From positions 1 through 64,000 of the IMG/VR virus record IMGVR_UViG_3300028388_003280: a stretch of DNA of 64,000 nt; one strand, 5' to 3'. The notes beneath the pieces are model-generated. The model had not been told where the DNA came from. It worked only from the letters and a program-made list of their open reading frames with translations, and made no database searches. Shown here piece by piece: positions 49,032-58,961 of the stretch; the first letter of the stretch is position 1, and the number at the start of each line of letters is the position of its first letter. The position numbers were made by a program, and so were the translations under genes. Source of the DNA: a virus.

Positions 49032-49429
49032 CCACACGTAGTGTCCACAGCGTTCTTGCACCCATCTCAATCGGCGAAGCCCTTGACAAGCTGACCATCC
49101 TTGAGATCAAGGAAGAGAACATTGACGATCCGACAAAGCTCCATGCGATCCGATATGAAACAGCTCAGCTCGAGAACGCAATTCGACACCTTGATGTGTT
49201 TGCTACTGTAGGCGTTCAAGATCTCTACGCGGCACTCGATGCTATCAACCGTGAGCTGTGGGATGTGGAGGATACACTTCGCATTCTTGAAGCAAAAGAG
49301 GACTTCGGTACTGAGTTCATCGAGCTCGCAAGATCTGTGTACAGGCTCAACGACAATCGGGCCGGCATCAAGCGTGAGATCAACATCCTTACCGGCTCAG
49401 ATGTTGTTGAGGTGAAGAGCTATGCCTGA
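49028..49429 (+). CDS. DUF6165-like coiled-coil protein
   Basis: PISIGEALDKLTILEIK, IN.ELWDVED, ARSVY.LND.R..IKREIN, EVKSY. Confidence 0.8.
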   Translation: MTTRSVHSVLAPISIGEALDKLTILEIKEENIDDPTKLHAIRYETAQLENAIRHLDVFATVGVQDLYAALDAINRELWDVEDTLRILEAKEDFGTEFIELARSVYRLNDNRAGIKREINILTGSDVVEVKSYA

Positions 49430-50081
49430 GAACCTGCAGCACCACCCGGAGGAGTTCTGGATGGGTTTGAGTGCTTCAGAGTGGTCTCGCAAGGAACTCC
49501 ATAACGCATTTGACAAGTACATCAACAAGGATGACGTCGGAATCGTCGTGGACATTGGTGCCAACTACGGGTTCTCCACTCGCATGTTTGCCATGTACTT
49601 TGAGCCTGATGCCATCTATGCATTTGACCCAGGTCAACGTCAGGCCCAGGTGTTCGCAGAGGTCACAGCTAAGGTCTCAAAGGAGACCCCGATCATGTTC
49701 AAGATGGTGGGCATCTACTACGGCGCCAATTCTGCTGGCCTGCTCGCCAGTCCAGATGGAAACCGCGGCGGTGACTCAATTGAGGAAGCCGGAACTGAGC
49801 ACATGGGCTACACTGAACGAGAAGTCACACAGGTAGTCAATTTGCGCACACTAGAAGATGAACTACCTGAGCATCCAGACTTTGTCAAGATCGACGTAGA
49901 GGGGTCAGAGTACAACATCATCATGAATTCGCAGATCCTACAGACTGTCAAGTATCTGCTCATTGAGTGGCACGATTCTGATATCGATCTGCCCGAGTTT
50001 TGCGCAGACTATCTGCCAAACCACGAGATCGTGTGGCAAGACTCTCGTGGGAGCACACTGCATGTACGAAAGGATCCCTGA
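49422..50081 (+). CDS. FkbM-family SAM methyltransferase
   Basis: VDIGANYG, DFVKIDVEGSE, IEWH. Confidence 0.88.
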   Translation: MPENLQHHPEEFWMGLSASEWSRKELHNAFDKYINKDDVGIVVDIGANYGFSTRMFAMYFEPDAIYAFDPGQRQAQVFAEVTAKVSKETPIMFKMVGIYYGANSAGLLASPDGNRGGDSIEEAGTEHMGYTEREVTQVVNLRTLEDELPEHPDFVKIDVEGSEYNIIMNSQILQTVKYLLIEWHDSDIDLPEFCADYLPNHEIVWQDSRGSTLHVRKDP

Positions 50082-50827
50082 TGGACATTAGTGTGAGTAT
50101 GATCGCTGGTAACACAGCGGATACATTGGATGTGTTCTTTACCTGGGCAACTGAGCACTTTGACGAGATCAACGTAGTCGTGCAGCCCGACAACTACGAC
50201 AACACACTAGAGCTCTGCCAGTCATACGATGAGCGATTTGAAAGTATCAAGCTCATGGTATCGGAGTTCGACAACTTTAGTGCACAGTTTCAGCGTTCGA
50301 TTGACATGAGCACTAAAGACTGGACCATCCAGCTCGGCGCTGACGAAATCCTGGCTGAATTTCCATACGAAAGATTGCCCCAGATGCTAACACGCATGAA
50401 GAAGAAGGTTGCTATTCTCCCACGATTCAATCTCCAGCGTGATTACAAGCACTACAACGAAGAGGGATATCCTGATTTCCAGTGGCGCGTGATGAACCGC
50501 GCGGCTGGTATCGGGATGAATGGGAAGACCGTTGACGAGAGTCTCAATGCAGATCCAAAAGACTGCATGGTGCTTGAAGCCTGTCCAATCATTCACTTTG
50601 GCCATATTAGACCGCACGAAGCGCTGATTCAGAAGGGTAAAGATAGAATAAAGTTTGCAGATGACGACGCATGCGATGGGCCGCCACTAAAGGAACACGG
50701 CATTGAGTGGTTTGATAAGCGCAATGAGTCGTGGGACCGTGTCGCGAAGACTCTTCCACACGAATATGTGCGGCACATTGAAAAGTACTTGCCGTCAAAT
50801 AGCGTACTTAGGGGGGATCATGGCTAA
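50081..50827 (+). CDS. GT2-like glycosyltransferase
   Basis: FDNFSAQ, W..QLGADE, YPDFQWR, IIHFG. Confidence 0.8.
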   Translation: MDISVSMIAGNTADTLDVFFTWATEHFDEINVVVQPDNYDNTLELCQSYDERFESIKLMVSEFDNFSAQFQRSIDMSTKDWTIQLGADEILAEFPYERLPQMLTRMKKKVAILPRFNLQRDYKHYNEEGYPDFQWRVMNRAAGIGMNGKTVDESLNADPKDCMVLEACPIIHFGHIRPHEALIQKGKDRIKFADDDACDGPPLKEHGIEWFDKRNESWDRVAKTLPHEYVRHIEKYLPSNSVLRGDHG

Positions 50828-51767
50828 GGTATATGTTCAAGCCTGGGCTGGGCCGTGGGGCTGGCGACAGGCATTCTACGACTGGTTTGATTCGGACAAG
50901 CACGGATTTGAACTAACTGAATCGATCGCCGATGCCGATCTGGTGTTCCAAGCAGACACCACAGACTGGCGCAATGTCATTGACGCATCCAAGGGTAAGA
51001 AGCTCCTGTGCAACGTTCTTGACTTTGCCGAGTGGAAGGAGCCGGACGGCGCGCCGAGCGTTGATACCATTGCACAGGCTAAGATTTTCAAGGCTGCTGG
51101 TGCGAACTTCACCGCGATCTCAAACAAGGTGATTGAGCAGCTTGACGACTTCATCGGTGTTGAAGCCGATCTCTTCTATTACCCATCCCAGGTGACTGAA
51201 CAGCGCATGAAGGAAACTGGGCTTATTGGCGGCAAGAAGATGTTCATCACGTTCTCGCGACTGGGCGATCCTGGCAAGGCGATCCCCCAGGCCATTGAAG
51301 CATTTGAGCAGAGCAAGCTAGCTGAGGCTGGTTGGCGATATATGCTGGTCGGGCCAGAACGCCCTCCAGTTGCAACTCTGCCGAATCGGGTGATGTATGC
51401 TGGATATGTCAACGCAGACCAGCTCGCGATGATGATTCGCCAAGCCGGGTATGTGTTCATGCCTTCGTACGGTGAAGGGTTGGGACTGCCAATCATCGAG
51501 GGCAGCCTTCTTGGTACACCATATGTAACTCGTGCGATTGAGCCCATGCGGACTCTCTTGGATGAGACGTGGGATACGACGTGTGCATTCAAAGATGATG
51601 ATGCCATGTCTGCTGCGCTTGTTTCTGCAGCAAGAGACTTCAAGTCTGACAACTATGAGTGGCGCGTGAAGTGGGGCTTCGTTTCGGCTAAGCCCTGGAT
51701 CAGAGAGAACGCGTTTGATGCCTTGGCAAATAGGCTCAAATTGGAGGTGTCAGATGTTCAACATTAG
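50820..51767 (+). CDS. GT4-like glycosyltransferase
   Basis: SRL..PGK, LVG, GYV, MPSYGEGLGLPIIE. Confidence 0.85.
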   Translation: MAKVYVQAWAGPWGWRQAFYDWFDSDKHGFELTESIADADLVFQADTTDWRNVIDASKGKKLLCNVLDFAEWKEPDGAPSVDTIAQAKIFKAAGANFTAISNKVIEQLDDFIGVEADLFYYPSQVTEQRMKETGLIGGKKMFITFSRLGDPGKAIPQAIEAFEQSKLAEAGWRYMLVGPERPPVATLPNRVMYAGYVNADQLAMMIRQAGYVFMPSYGEGLGLPIIEGSLLGTPYVTRAIEPMRTLLDETWDTTCAFKDDDAMSAALVSAARDFKSDNYEWRVKWGFVSAKPWIRENAFDALANRLKLEVSDVQH

Positions 51768-52506
51768 CGTCGTTGTGAGCTACTGTTCAAATGAGAACAT
51801 GTTTATCGATAAGCTGCTCTCCGAGGCCAAAAAGTTTTCTAATGATGTCATCGTTGTGCATGGTGATAAGTTCTTCAATGGCGAACCCGACCTTGAGCTC
51901 AAGAAGGATCTCAACGCTGACCATGTTTGCGCGATTGAAATTTCACCGGACCTCATTGCAAAGCACGGGCCTAGGTACTATCACAATATGTACCGCCGCG
52001 TCGGGTGGGAAGCCGCCTCCGGCGATTATGTTCTATTCCTAGATGGTGACGAGGTACCTGACGGCGAGCTGTTTGGTAAGTTTCTTAGTGAGTTCGACTA
52101 TGAGCAATTCAACGCATACACCTTTATGTGCTACTGGTATTTCAGGGAGCCAACGAATCAGGCAACGAGCCTTGAAGCATCACAGCTGATGGTCAAGCGT
52201 GATTGCTTAACGCCTGCTATGTTCAATGGTGACACTGAAAGGTTCTATACGTTTAACTCAGTTCCGGGCCCAAAGGTGAAAAACTTTAAGCCGCCAACTA
52301 TCGCCGAGCCCATGTTCCACCACTACAGCTGGGTGCGCTCTGAGGAAGAGATGGTTCGCAAAGCTACTTCATGGGGGCACAAGAATGATCGCCCTTGGGA
52401 GAAGCTTATTCGTGAGGAGTTTTCTAAATTCGGGGAACCCGGCGAGACAGATTTTGTCCACGGATATTCATATCGTCGCGTGGAGTCATTTCTAGACAAG
52501 GAATAA
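51754..52506 (+). CDS. GT2-like glycosyltransferase
   Basis: ISVVVSY, YVLFLDGDE, YWYFREP, HHYSWVR. Confidence 0.75.
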   Translation: MFNISVVVSYCSNENMFIDKLLSEAKKFSNDVIVVHGDKFFNGEPDLELKKDLNADHVCAIEISPDLIAKHGPRYYHNMYRRVGWEAASGDYVLFLDGDEVPDGELFGKFLSEFDYEQFNAYTFMCYWYFREPTNQATSLEASQLMVKRDCLTPAMFNGDTERFYTFNSVPGPKVKNFKPPTIAEPMFHHYSWVRSEEEMVRKATSWGHKNDRPWEKLIREEFSKFGEPGETDFVHGYSYRRVESFLDKE

Positions 52507-52507
52507 C

Positions 52508-53119
52508 ATGGATAGAAAACCACTAGACCTTACGACATTCCTGGGATTTGAGCAATCCCAGTCAATGTATGCCATACCATATTGGGAGAAATTGCTGTTC
52601 TCACGAGATGAAGCAAAAGAAGCCACAGTGGGTGGTATTGCTAAGTTGAACCACGATTTGAGCAGGATCATTGAGATTGGGTCGGGTCAGGGTAACTTTT
52701 CATTCTATCTGTACCTAATCTCTCGTGTACACGATTTGGAATTCAGCACATATGAAATCAACCACTCGTTTATGACACAATCAGAGTTCAAGCGCGAGCT
52801 TGGATTCTATGACCACGCACACCAGAAAGATTGTTTCAGCTCTGATATTGCTGAACAGATCGCTAGACCCGGTGGCACACTGCTTTTCTGTGATGGCGGA
52901 AATAAGCCGCGAGAGTTTAATCACTTTGCCAGGTTCCTTAAGCCTGGTGATCTGATTGGTGCACATGATTGGGAGCAGGAAGAATATCAGTGGTCTGTTG
53001 AGACAAAGTACGCCCAGGTCGAACCGGCCATTAAGGAATTTGGCTTGAGGGAGATCACTATCCCCAACCAGGAAGCAGCCCTAACAAGATTCTTTGTGCG
53101 GGTAGACAGTGGAGTTTAA
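52508..53119 (+). CDS. class I SAM methyltransferase-like protein
   Basis: IIEIGSGQG, LFCDGG, LKPGDLI.AHD. Confidence 0.75.
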   Translation: MDRKPLDLTTFLGFEQSQSMYAIPYWEKLLFSRDEAKEATVGGIAKLNHDLSRIIEIGSGQGNFSFYLYLISRVHDLEFSTYEINHSFMTQSEFKRELGFYDHAHQKDCFSSDIAEQIARPGGTLLFCDGGNKPREFNHFARFLKPGDLIGAHDWEQEEYQWSVETKYAQVEPAIKEFGLREITIPNQEAALTRFFVRVDSGV

Positions 53120-53120
53120 G

Positions 53121-54215
53121 ATGCAGATTAGAAATGACATGCTAAAGGTCCTTGGACCAGAGGGATCTGAAGCAGATGTACAGGCTGTTGGCGATGTTTT
53201 GCGCAGTGGGTGGTGGGGTAACGGTCCAAAAGTTGCTGAGCTTGAAGAGCGGTTTGCCGCACTGGTCGGGCACAAGTATGCATTGGCTGTGACCAGCAAT
53301 TCTCATGGACAAGATTTGGTATTGAAGGCCCTTGGCATCAAAGGCGTTGATGTCATCAACCCAACCATGTCATTTGCTACCACTGCAATTGTTCCGCTGT
53401 GGAATGACTGTACGACGAACATAGTCGACGTCGACCCGCATGCACTCAACATTACTGCAGAGGAGGTTGATCGGTGGAAGAAGCCAAATACCGAAGTCGT
53501 GATTGCTGTGAATATGGCGGGCGTCAATTCTCCAATCCCAGAGATCAGGAAAGTCTTCGGCGGATTCATCATCGAGGACTGTGCGCATAGCTGCTACACG
53601 CCTGGTGCTGGGCTGCGTGGTGATGTCGCTGTGTGGTCATTTCAGTCTGTCAAATCAATTCCAATTGGTGATGGCGGAATGATTACTACAGATGACAGGG
53701 AGCTGTATGAGAAGATGAAGTCCATGATCTGGTTTGGGGTTTCATCTACCTGGTCTCGTGTTGGTAAGAAGGGCTATTCATGGGACTATGACATTGACCA
53801 CCTCGGGTACAAATACTACATGATTGATATCCTCGCTGCCTTGGGCCTTTCGCAGCTCGATAGGCTGGATCAGACTTTGAAGCGTAGGCAGCATGTCAGG
53901 GATCGGTATAACGCCGAGCTGCATCCTGCTGTGGGTCGCCCGATTGATTCGGATACTGTGCAATACTATGTGGCTAGGGTGCCATCAAATCTCCGTGATG
54001 CATTGATTGATTACCTGGCGGATAAGAAGATTCACACGTCAGTGCATTTCAAGCCTCTCCATAAGTTCACACTGTTGCAAAACGACAGGAGCTACCCAGT
54101 TGCAGATAAGGAGTGGCTAAAGCTAGTCAGTTTGCCATGCAACAACACAATGACAGATGACGACATCCAGTATGTTGTCTATTGGGTCAACAAATTCTTT
54201 GAGGAGCAACTATGA
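53121..54215 (+). CDS. DegT/DnrJ/EryC1/StrS sugar aminotransferase
   Basis: GPKVAELEERFA, IEDCAH, SFQSVK (PLP lysine), GDGGM. Confidence 0.93.
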   Translation: MQIRNDMLKVLGPEGSEADVQAVGDVLRSGWWGNGPKVAELEERFAALVGHKYALAVTSNSHGQDLVLKALGIKGVDVINPTMSFATTAIVPLWNDCTTNIVDVDPHALNITAEEVDRWKKPNTEVVIAVNMAGVNSPIPEIRKVFGGFIIEDCAHSCYTPGAGLRGDVAVWSFQSVKSIPIGDGGMITTDDRELYEKMKSMIWFGVSSTWSRVGKKGYSWDYDIDHLGYKYYMIDILAALGLSQLDRLDQTLKRRQHVRDRYNAELHPAVGRPIDSDTVQYYVARVPSNLRDALIDYLADKKIHTSVHFKPLHKFTLLQNDRSYPVADKEWLKLVSLPCNNTMTDDDIQYVVYWVNKFFEEQL

Positions 54216-54910
54216 AAATCGCACTTGGCATTGGGACAATAAACAGGGCAGACATTCTACATCGAAGCCTCGAGGACTTGTCTGAAAATTTTGCAGAGAT
54301 GCTTACTGATTTTGTCATCATTGACAACGGAAATCAGAACATCGTGATACCGGATAACTTGCCACAGAATATCATCCGTCCAGCCAAGAATCAAGGTTGC
54401 GGTGGGAGCTGGTCAATGATTATGGATCACTTTGTTGATAGGCCAGACATTGACCACATCATCATGCCAAGTGACGATGTCATTTTGGGCAAACGTTTTG
54501 CAGACGATCTAGAGACAGCGCTTTCACAGCCATATGATGTACTGTTACCAGAGGTTAACTATCACTGGTCTGTTGTCTCAATTTCAAAGCATTGCTGGAA
54601 GACTGTTGGTCGATTCGATCCAATCTTTTATCCTGCATACCATGAAGATTGGGACTACTGGTATAGGGTTGAGCTTGCTGGTATGAGTCTAACCCGCACG
54701 CCCCTATTCAATCCGGGTGAATTTACAAACGGTGGCTCAATTTCAAAGGACAGATCCCTCGCAAATCATCAGACTGGCAGCTATTACCAGAGAAAGTGGG
54801 GTGGCTCGAGGAACGGCAAGACTGAAAAGTACACTGAGCCATATAACGGTGACGTTGAGATGCAGAGGCAGATGCACATACTTGGTCAGCGAAATCTTGG
54901 AAGGATTTGA
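54212..54910 (+). CDS. GT2 glycosyltransferase
   Basis: IIDNG, N.GCGGSW, SDD, VGRFD..FYPAYHEDWDY..R. Confidence 0.88.
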   Translation: MKIALGIGTINRADILHRSLEDLSENFAEMLTDFVIIDNGNQNIVIPDNLPQNIIRPAKNQGCGGSWSMIMDHFVDRPDIDHIIMPSDDVILGKRFADDLETALSQPYDVLLPEVNYHWSVVSISKHCWKTVGRFDPIFYPAYHEDWDYWYRVELAGMSLTRTPLFNPGEFTNGGSISKDRSLANHQTGSYYQRKWGGSRNGKTEKYTEPYNGDVEMQRQMHILGQRNLGRI

Positions 54911-54911
54911 C

Positions 54912-55925
54912 ATGCAACCACGCAAACTATTCATTGACGACAGCCAGGACCCATGGATCACTTGGGACTCAGACCTATACAAACTACAGGAAGCTTCCAG
55001 GGGTACACCCAAGGATATGCCAGGTTTCTATGGCATCGAGGTCGTAGCTAACCCATGGATGGCAGACCTGTTCTTCATCAACCACAACACAATCGACATC
55101 CGTGATGAGCTGTTCAAGGGCAAGGACGTGTTTGTCTTCATGCCTGAGTTTCCACAGAACGCACAAGAGCAGCTGAAGACACTCCAGGATGTCAAGTACG
55201 CAGATGACAACAATTGGACCGTGGTCACCGAGAGCCAAGAGCTCTATGATAAGCTCCAGGGTCTAGGATTGAAGCAGGAGCCGTGGCTGTGGCGCCGACC
55301 AAGCAGAGTGTCAGCAGACGAGGTGTTCAATGAGACCCCACTCAATGAACGCAAGTGCAAGATCGTAGCTGTGTTTGATGCCGGACATCCGCTCAGCCAT
55401 GCTGCTGAGCTCGTCAAGGGATATCTCAGTGCGTTCATGGTCCTCCGCGATGACTACAACACAGAGCCAATTCTTGAGATCTATAGCCACTCTGATATGC
55501 CGTTTGAGCCATTCAATGAGATCCACTTCCAAGGTATGACGCCCAACAAGCGCATGTTCAAGGCGCTCAGGGACGCCACACTGTTCATCTTCCCATCAGA
55601 GACGGACAAGTATCCTAACACCATGATGGAGGCTGCACAGCTTGGCGTACCATCAATTCAATTCTGGGATGATAGCAGCCCCATCCGGCAACACCTGATG
55701 TTCCCAGACCAAGAATGGTCCAGGTTCAGGACTTCAGAAGAGCTCGCCGACAAGATCGTTGAGCACTTCAGCACATTTGATGATTTGGACCGCGTCAACG
55801 ACACCATCAACCACCAGAAGTCGGTGGTCGCCGAGGAGTCCATGGAGTACGGCTGTGAGATCTTCATCACAGAGATGGCTAGAAGGCTATCCTTGGCAAT
55901 GTTTGCTGACGAAGAGGCCCTGTAA
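54912..55925 (+). CDS. divergent GT-B glycosyltransferase-like protein
   Basis: LFIFPSETDKYPNTMMEAAQLGVP resembles the GT4 donor-binding motif. Confidence 0.6.
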   Translation: MQPRKLFIDDSQDPWITWDSDLYKLQEASRGTPKDMPGFYGIEVVANPWMADLFFINHNTIDIRDELFKGKDVFVFMPEFPQNAQEQLKTLQDVKYADDNNWTVVTESQELYDKLQGLGLKQEPWLWRRPSRVSADEVFNETPLNERKCKIVAVFDAGHPLSHAAELVKGYLSAFMVLRDDYNTEPILEIYSHSDMPFEPFNEIHFQGMTPNKRMFKALRDATLFIFPSETDKYPNTMMEAAQLGVPSIQFWDDSSPIRQHLMFPDQEWSRFRTSEELADKIVEHFSTFDDLDRVNDTINHQKSVVAEESMEYGCEIFITEMARRLSLAMFADEEAL

Positions 55926-55934
55926 TATTCGGGG

Positions 55935-55963
55935 TGTACAATGGTCTGCCGGTCTGGTAGGAT
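55935..55963 (+). promoter_or_regulatory. promoter TGTACA-N17-TAGGAT
   Basis: Aligned copy directly upstream of the gp42-like gene. Confidence 0.7.
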
Positions 55964-55981
55964 CGACAGCGGAGGTATATC

Positions 55982-56716
55982 ATGAGCTCCATCAACGAGC
56001 ACAGGCTAGCGCCTGTTATTCACAAACTAGCAGATCAGGTGCGGGCCGAGAAGTTCGTCACTGATAAGTCAGGCGTCAAGCTTGTCGAGATCATTGCGGA
56101 GCCCATCACTCTTGATCCAACACAGCCAATCCTCGAGTTTGGCGAAGCCCGCAAGACGCCCATGAAGTACGTCAATGCTGAGCTTGAATGGTATCTGAGC
56201 ATGGATCTCAGGGTAGACGAAATTGCCAAACATGCTGGCATCTGGGCCAAGGTTGCGGATTCAAACGGCTTTGTCAACTCCAACTATGGGTGGTGCATCT
56301 TCTCACCACAGAACGGTGCACAGTACGAAAACTGTCTTAGTGAACTCATCGCCTTCCCCGACTCTCGCCGCGCGGTGATGATCTACAACCGGCCGGAGAT
56401 GTGGCAGGATTACAACCGTGATGGCATGTCGGACTTCATGTGCACGTTTGCAACGCAGCACCTGATTCGCGACGACAAGCTGGTCTCCATCGTCAACATG
56501 CGAAGCAACGATTTCGTATTCGGCTTCTTCAACGACTTCTACTGGCAGGCGTGGGTGCACAATCACCTTCTGCACGCACTACAACGAGCGGCGTACCCTG
56601 ATCTCGCGAGTGGCAAGATCGTGTGGGTCGCCAATTCCCTACATGTATACGAAAGACACTTCCCAATGTTGCTCAATATTGAGCGCTGGTTGGAAACGAA
56701 AGGACACGATGGCTGA
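55982..56716 (+). CDS. gp42: dCMP hydroxymethylase-like thymidylate synthase family enzyme (T4 gp42-like)
   Basis: ELEWY.S, NSNYGW.I.S, DSRRA.MIY.RP.M..DY...GMSDFMCT, MRSND.VFGF.ND, SLHVYERHF. Confidence 0.88.
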   Translation: MSSINEHRLAPVIHKLADQVRAEKFVTDKSGVKLVEIIAEPITLDPTQPILEFGEARKTPMKYVNAELEWYLSMDLRVDEIAKHAGIWAKVADSNGFVNSNYGWCIFSPQNGAQYENCLSELIAFPDSRRAVMIYNRPEMWQDYNRDGMSDFMCTFATQHLIRDDKLVSIVNMRSNDFVFGFFNDFYWQAWVHNHLLHALQRAAYPDLASGKIVWVANSLHVYERHFPMLLNIERWLETKGHDG

Positions 56717-57320
56717 GTGCTTCGTTTACTGGATCACACCAGATCCGTCGTTGGACATATCCACATGTGGGTATGTTGGCGTGTCCAAGGATCCGGCGAA
56801 GAGGCATAAGGTTCATATCCGAGAAGGCCGTGTTCCTTCAGGTACTAAGCAGTTCATCATTTTCTCTGGCACCCGTAAGCAGTGCTTCGCCAAGGAACGA
56901 GAGCTAAGACCTAAGAAAGGGATTGGGTGGAATCGTGCAGTTGGTGGCGCGCATGGATATCGCGAGGGGTTCGTGATGCCTCAATCTGCTATCGATAAGT
57001 CACGAGAGAATAGAGACTATGGGGACCCCTGGAACAAAGGCCTAACCCACGCTGAAGACCCAAGGATTGCCACTGGAAACACTGACCCGTCTCGGGCAGA
57101 TCGAATGAGGAAAGTGGGCAAATCAAATCTAGGTAAGACATCGCCACACAAAGGAAAGCACCACGGTCCACGACCACACACAAAAGAGCACACTGAAAAG
57201 CGGCTTGCTGCAACTAGGAAGTTTTGGGATGATCCCGAGAAATCAGAGCATCTCAGAAAACAACGATCTGAACGTATGAAGAAATATCATGAACAGAGGA
57301 GACTAAATGGTAAAGCCTAA
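56709..57320 (+). mobile_element. free-standing GIY-YIG/NUMOD3-type homing endonuclease gene
   Basis: VYWI...YVGVS..P..R..H, E, WN...GG, PWNKG, HTKEH, KQRSERMK; AT-richer codon use than neighbours. Confidence 0.75.
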
Positions 57321-57984
57321 CCTAATCGCGCACGAGCTGGGACATGTCCTGTTTTCGTATCTGTATGACAAGGATTCATACCCAACCTCTATGGTTCTGA
57401 AATCTGATGGCAACACAGCGGCGTGTGTCAACTTCGACGAGTACGAGGATCTCCCCGTTGCCAATGGTCAGATTGCTCGGATCCCGTCGGCGTCGTACCT
57501 TGGTGGCATGTTCGGCGAGTTCATCTGGAACGGTCGGTGCCGAGTCATGGGCATCCGCGCAGACATGGATGAGCTTCTGACTGAATACCGGTACATCAAG
57601 AATGGTAAGCGTCCTGGCGGTAAGGGCGGAGTTCACGATAGTGAGCACCGATACCGTCGTTCACAGTCCAAGCTCTTCAAGGAGCTATGGGCTTGGTTCT
57701 ACACAGATCGAGACCAGTGGTCATATGGCGGCATGATGAAGCGGTGGATGGACTGCCCGAATAACCGGTCGGGTACAATCATGACGACCAGCCGCTTCAA
57801 GAAGCGACTGCCTGAGACCTACAAGGTATTTGAGACGTTCTGCTCAGACATTGATCTTGACGAGTTCGTCAACTCGGTCACTGATATTCAGAGGTCGAGC
57901 TCGACCAGGCTTCAGAGTCGAACCCTACGTAAGTACGGCCGCCGTATCATCCCAGATACGGTCATGCATCCGGAGGACATCTAA
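57307..57984 (+). CDS. zincin (M41/FtsH-like) metallopeptidase domain protein
   Basis: AHELGH, LGG..GE, G..AD. Confidence 0.65.
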   Translation: MVKPNLIAHELGHVLFSYLYDKDSYPTSMVLKSDGNTAACVNFDEYEDLPVANGQIARIPSASYLGGMFGEFIWNGRCRVMGIRADMDELLTEYRYIKNGKRPGGKGGVHDSEHRYRRSQSKLFKELWAWFYTDRDQWSYGGMMKRWMDCPNNRSGTIMTTSRFKKRLPETYKVFETFCSDIDLDEFVNSVTDIQRSSSTRLQSRTLRKYGRRIIPDTVMHPEDI

Positions 57985-58301
57985 TGGATTGGCTACCTCT
58001 AGCTTCTTACATCACAAATGGCATCCTCGTTGTAATAGTAGCCCTGGGAATCATCGTGATTCGGGGTATGCTAGCATCAAGAGATAGTATGATTGACAGC
58101 TACAAGCGCCGAGATTTGACTGGACGTGAACGTGAGGATATCAGGAGACGGCTGTTGGCTAGTGGAACATCTGCGATCCACCCACATGAAATCTTGGACC
58201 TGATCTACACGTTCCGCAGTGTCGAGCTCGGTCAATACGAAGATAAAGACCCATACGTGCCAGCGGACCCATATGACGACATTGAGGAGTACATTGGATG
58301 A
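57984..58301 (+). CDS. membrane-anchored hypothetical protein
   Basis: N-terminal hydrophobic helix. Confidence 0.65.
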   Translation: MDWLPLASYITNGILVVIVALGIIVIRGMLASRDSMIDSYKRRDLTGREREDIRRRLLASGTSAIHPHEILDLIYTFRSVELGQYEDKDPYVPADPYDDIEEYIG

Positions 58302-58552
58302 TGAAGACTGTGCTCAAACGAATTGCACCCGGATACTACTCGGGCCTTGGGAAAACGACCGTCGACGGCAAGCCAGTAAAGCTGAAGATCAACGTTATCA
58401 GAGCTCAAGCTGGAGCTTGGTATTGGCAAATTGACAATGAAGACGCACACGATTGGTACCCAACGAAAAGGGACGCAAAGGATGCCCTCGACCGCGTCCT
58501 TGCAACGGGGTTCAGGCTAGATCCCCGCTACGGTCGAGTCATCGATCGGTGA
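58298..58552 (+). CDS. hypothetical protein
   Basis: Coupled ORF with GAGGAG RBS. Confidence 0.6.
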   Translation: MMKTVLKRIAPGYYSGLGKTTVDGKPVKLKINVIRAQAGAWYWQIDNEDAHDWYPTKRDAKDALDRVLATGFRLDPRYGRVIDR

Positions 58553-58595
58553 TCTTCCGAGGCCTCGCGGGTAATTAGAGATACAGGAGCACACA

Positions 58596-58961
58596 GTGCC
58601 TAGGAATAGAGATTACTGGAACGCACTCGAGGCCCACATACGTACGAACCCCCACGACCTGTATGGTATGGGTTCAACACATGGCGCAAACGCACTGCGC
58701 CGGCTCGCCAAGCTCATCGCCCGTCATGCCAAGATCCACAAGAGCAGGGAAGACACTATTGCGTACGCTCATAGCAAACTCGCTGATCTTCATGCTACTG
58801 GTTATATCCAAGCTCTCAGTCCTGGAGCCTGTAAGGGCATCTGCGAGCTCATTGCACCGATATATGACTTCAATGGATGGAAGCCGATCGAAGCAGATGA
58901 GCTCCTCACAGCAGGAGGCGACGATGCACAGCCACAAGTTCAACTACCCCGCAAACATTAA
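58596..58961 (+). CDS. hypothetical protein
   Basis: GTG start after AGGAG. Confidence 0.6.
   Translation: MPRNRDYWNALEAHIRTNPHDLYGMGSTHGANALRRLAKLIARHAKIHKSREDTIAYAHSKLADLHATGYIQALSPGACKGICELIAPIYDFNGWKPIEADELLTAGGDDAQPQVQLPRKH

Noticed and set aside
55982-56716. Calling this gene thyA
   Set aside because: It lacks the ThyA PCH and PFN motifs and has DFMCT and FND like dCMP-specific gp42
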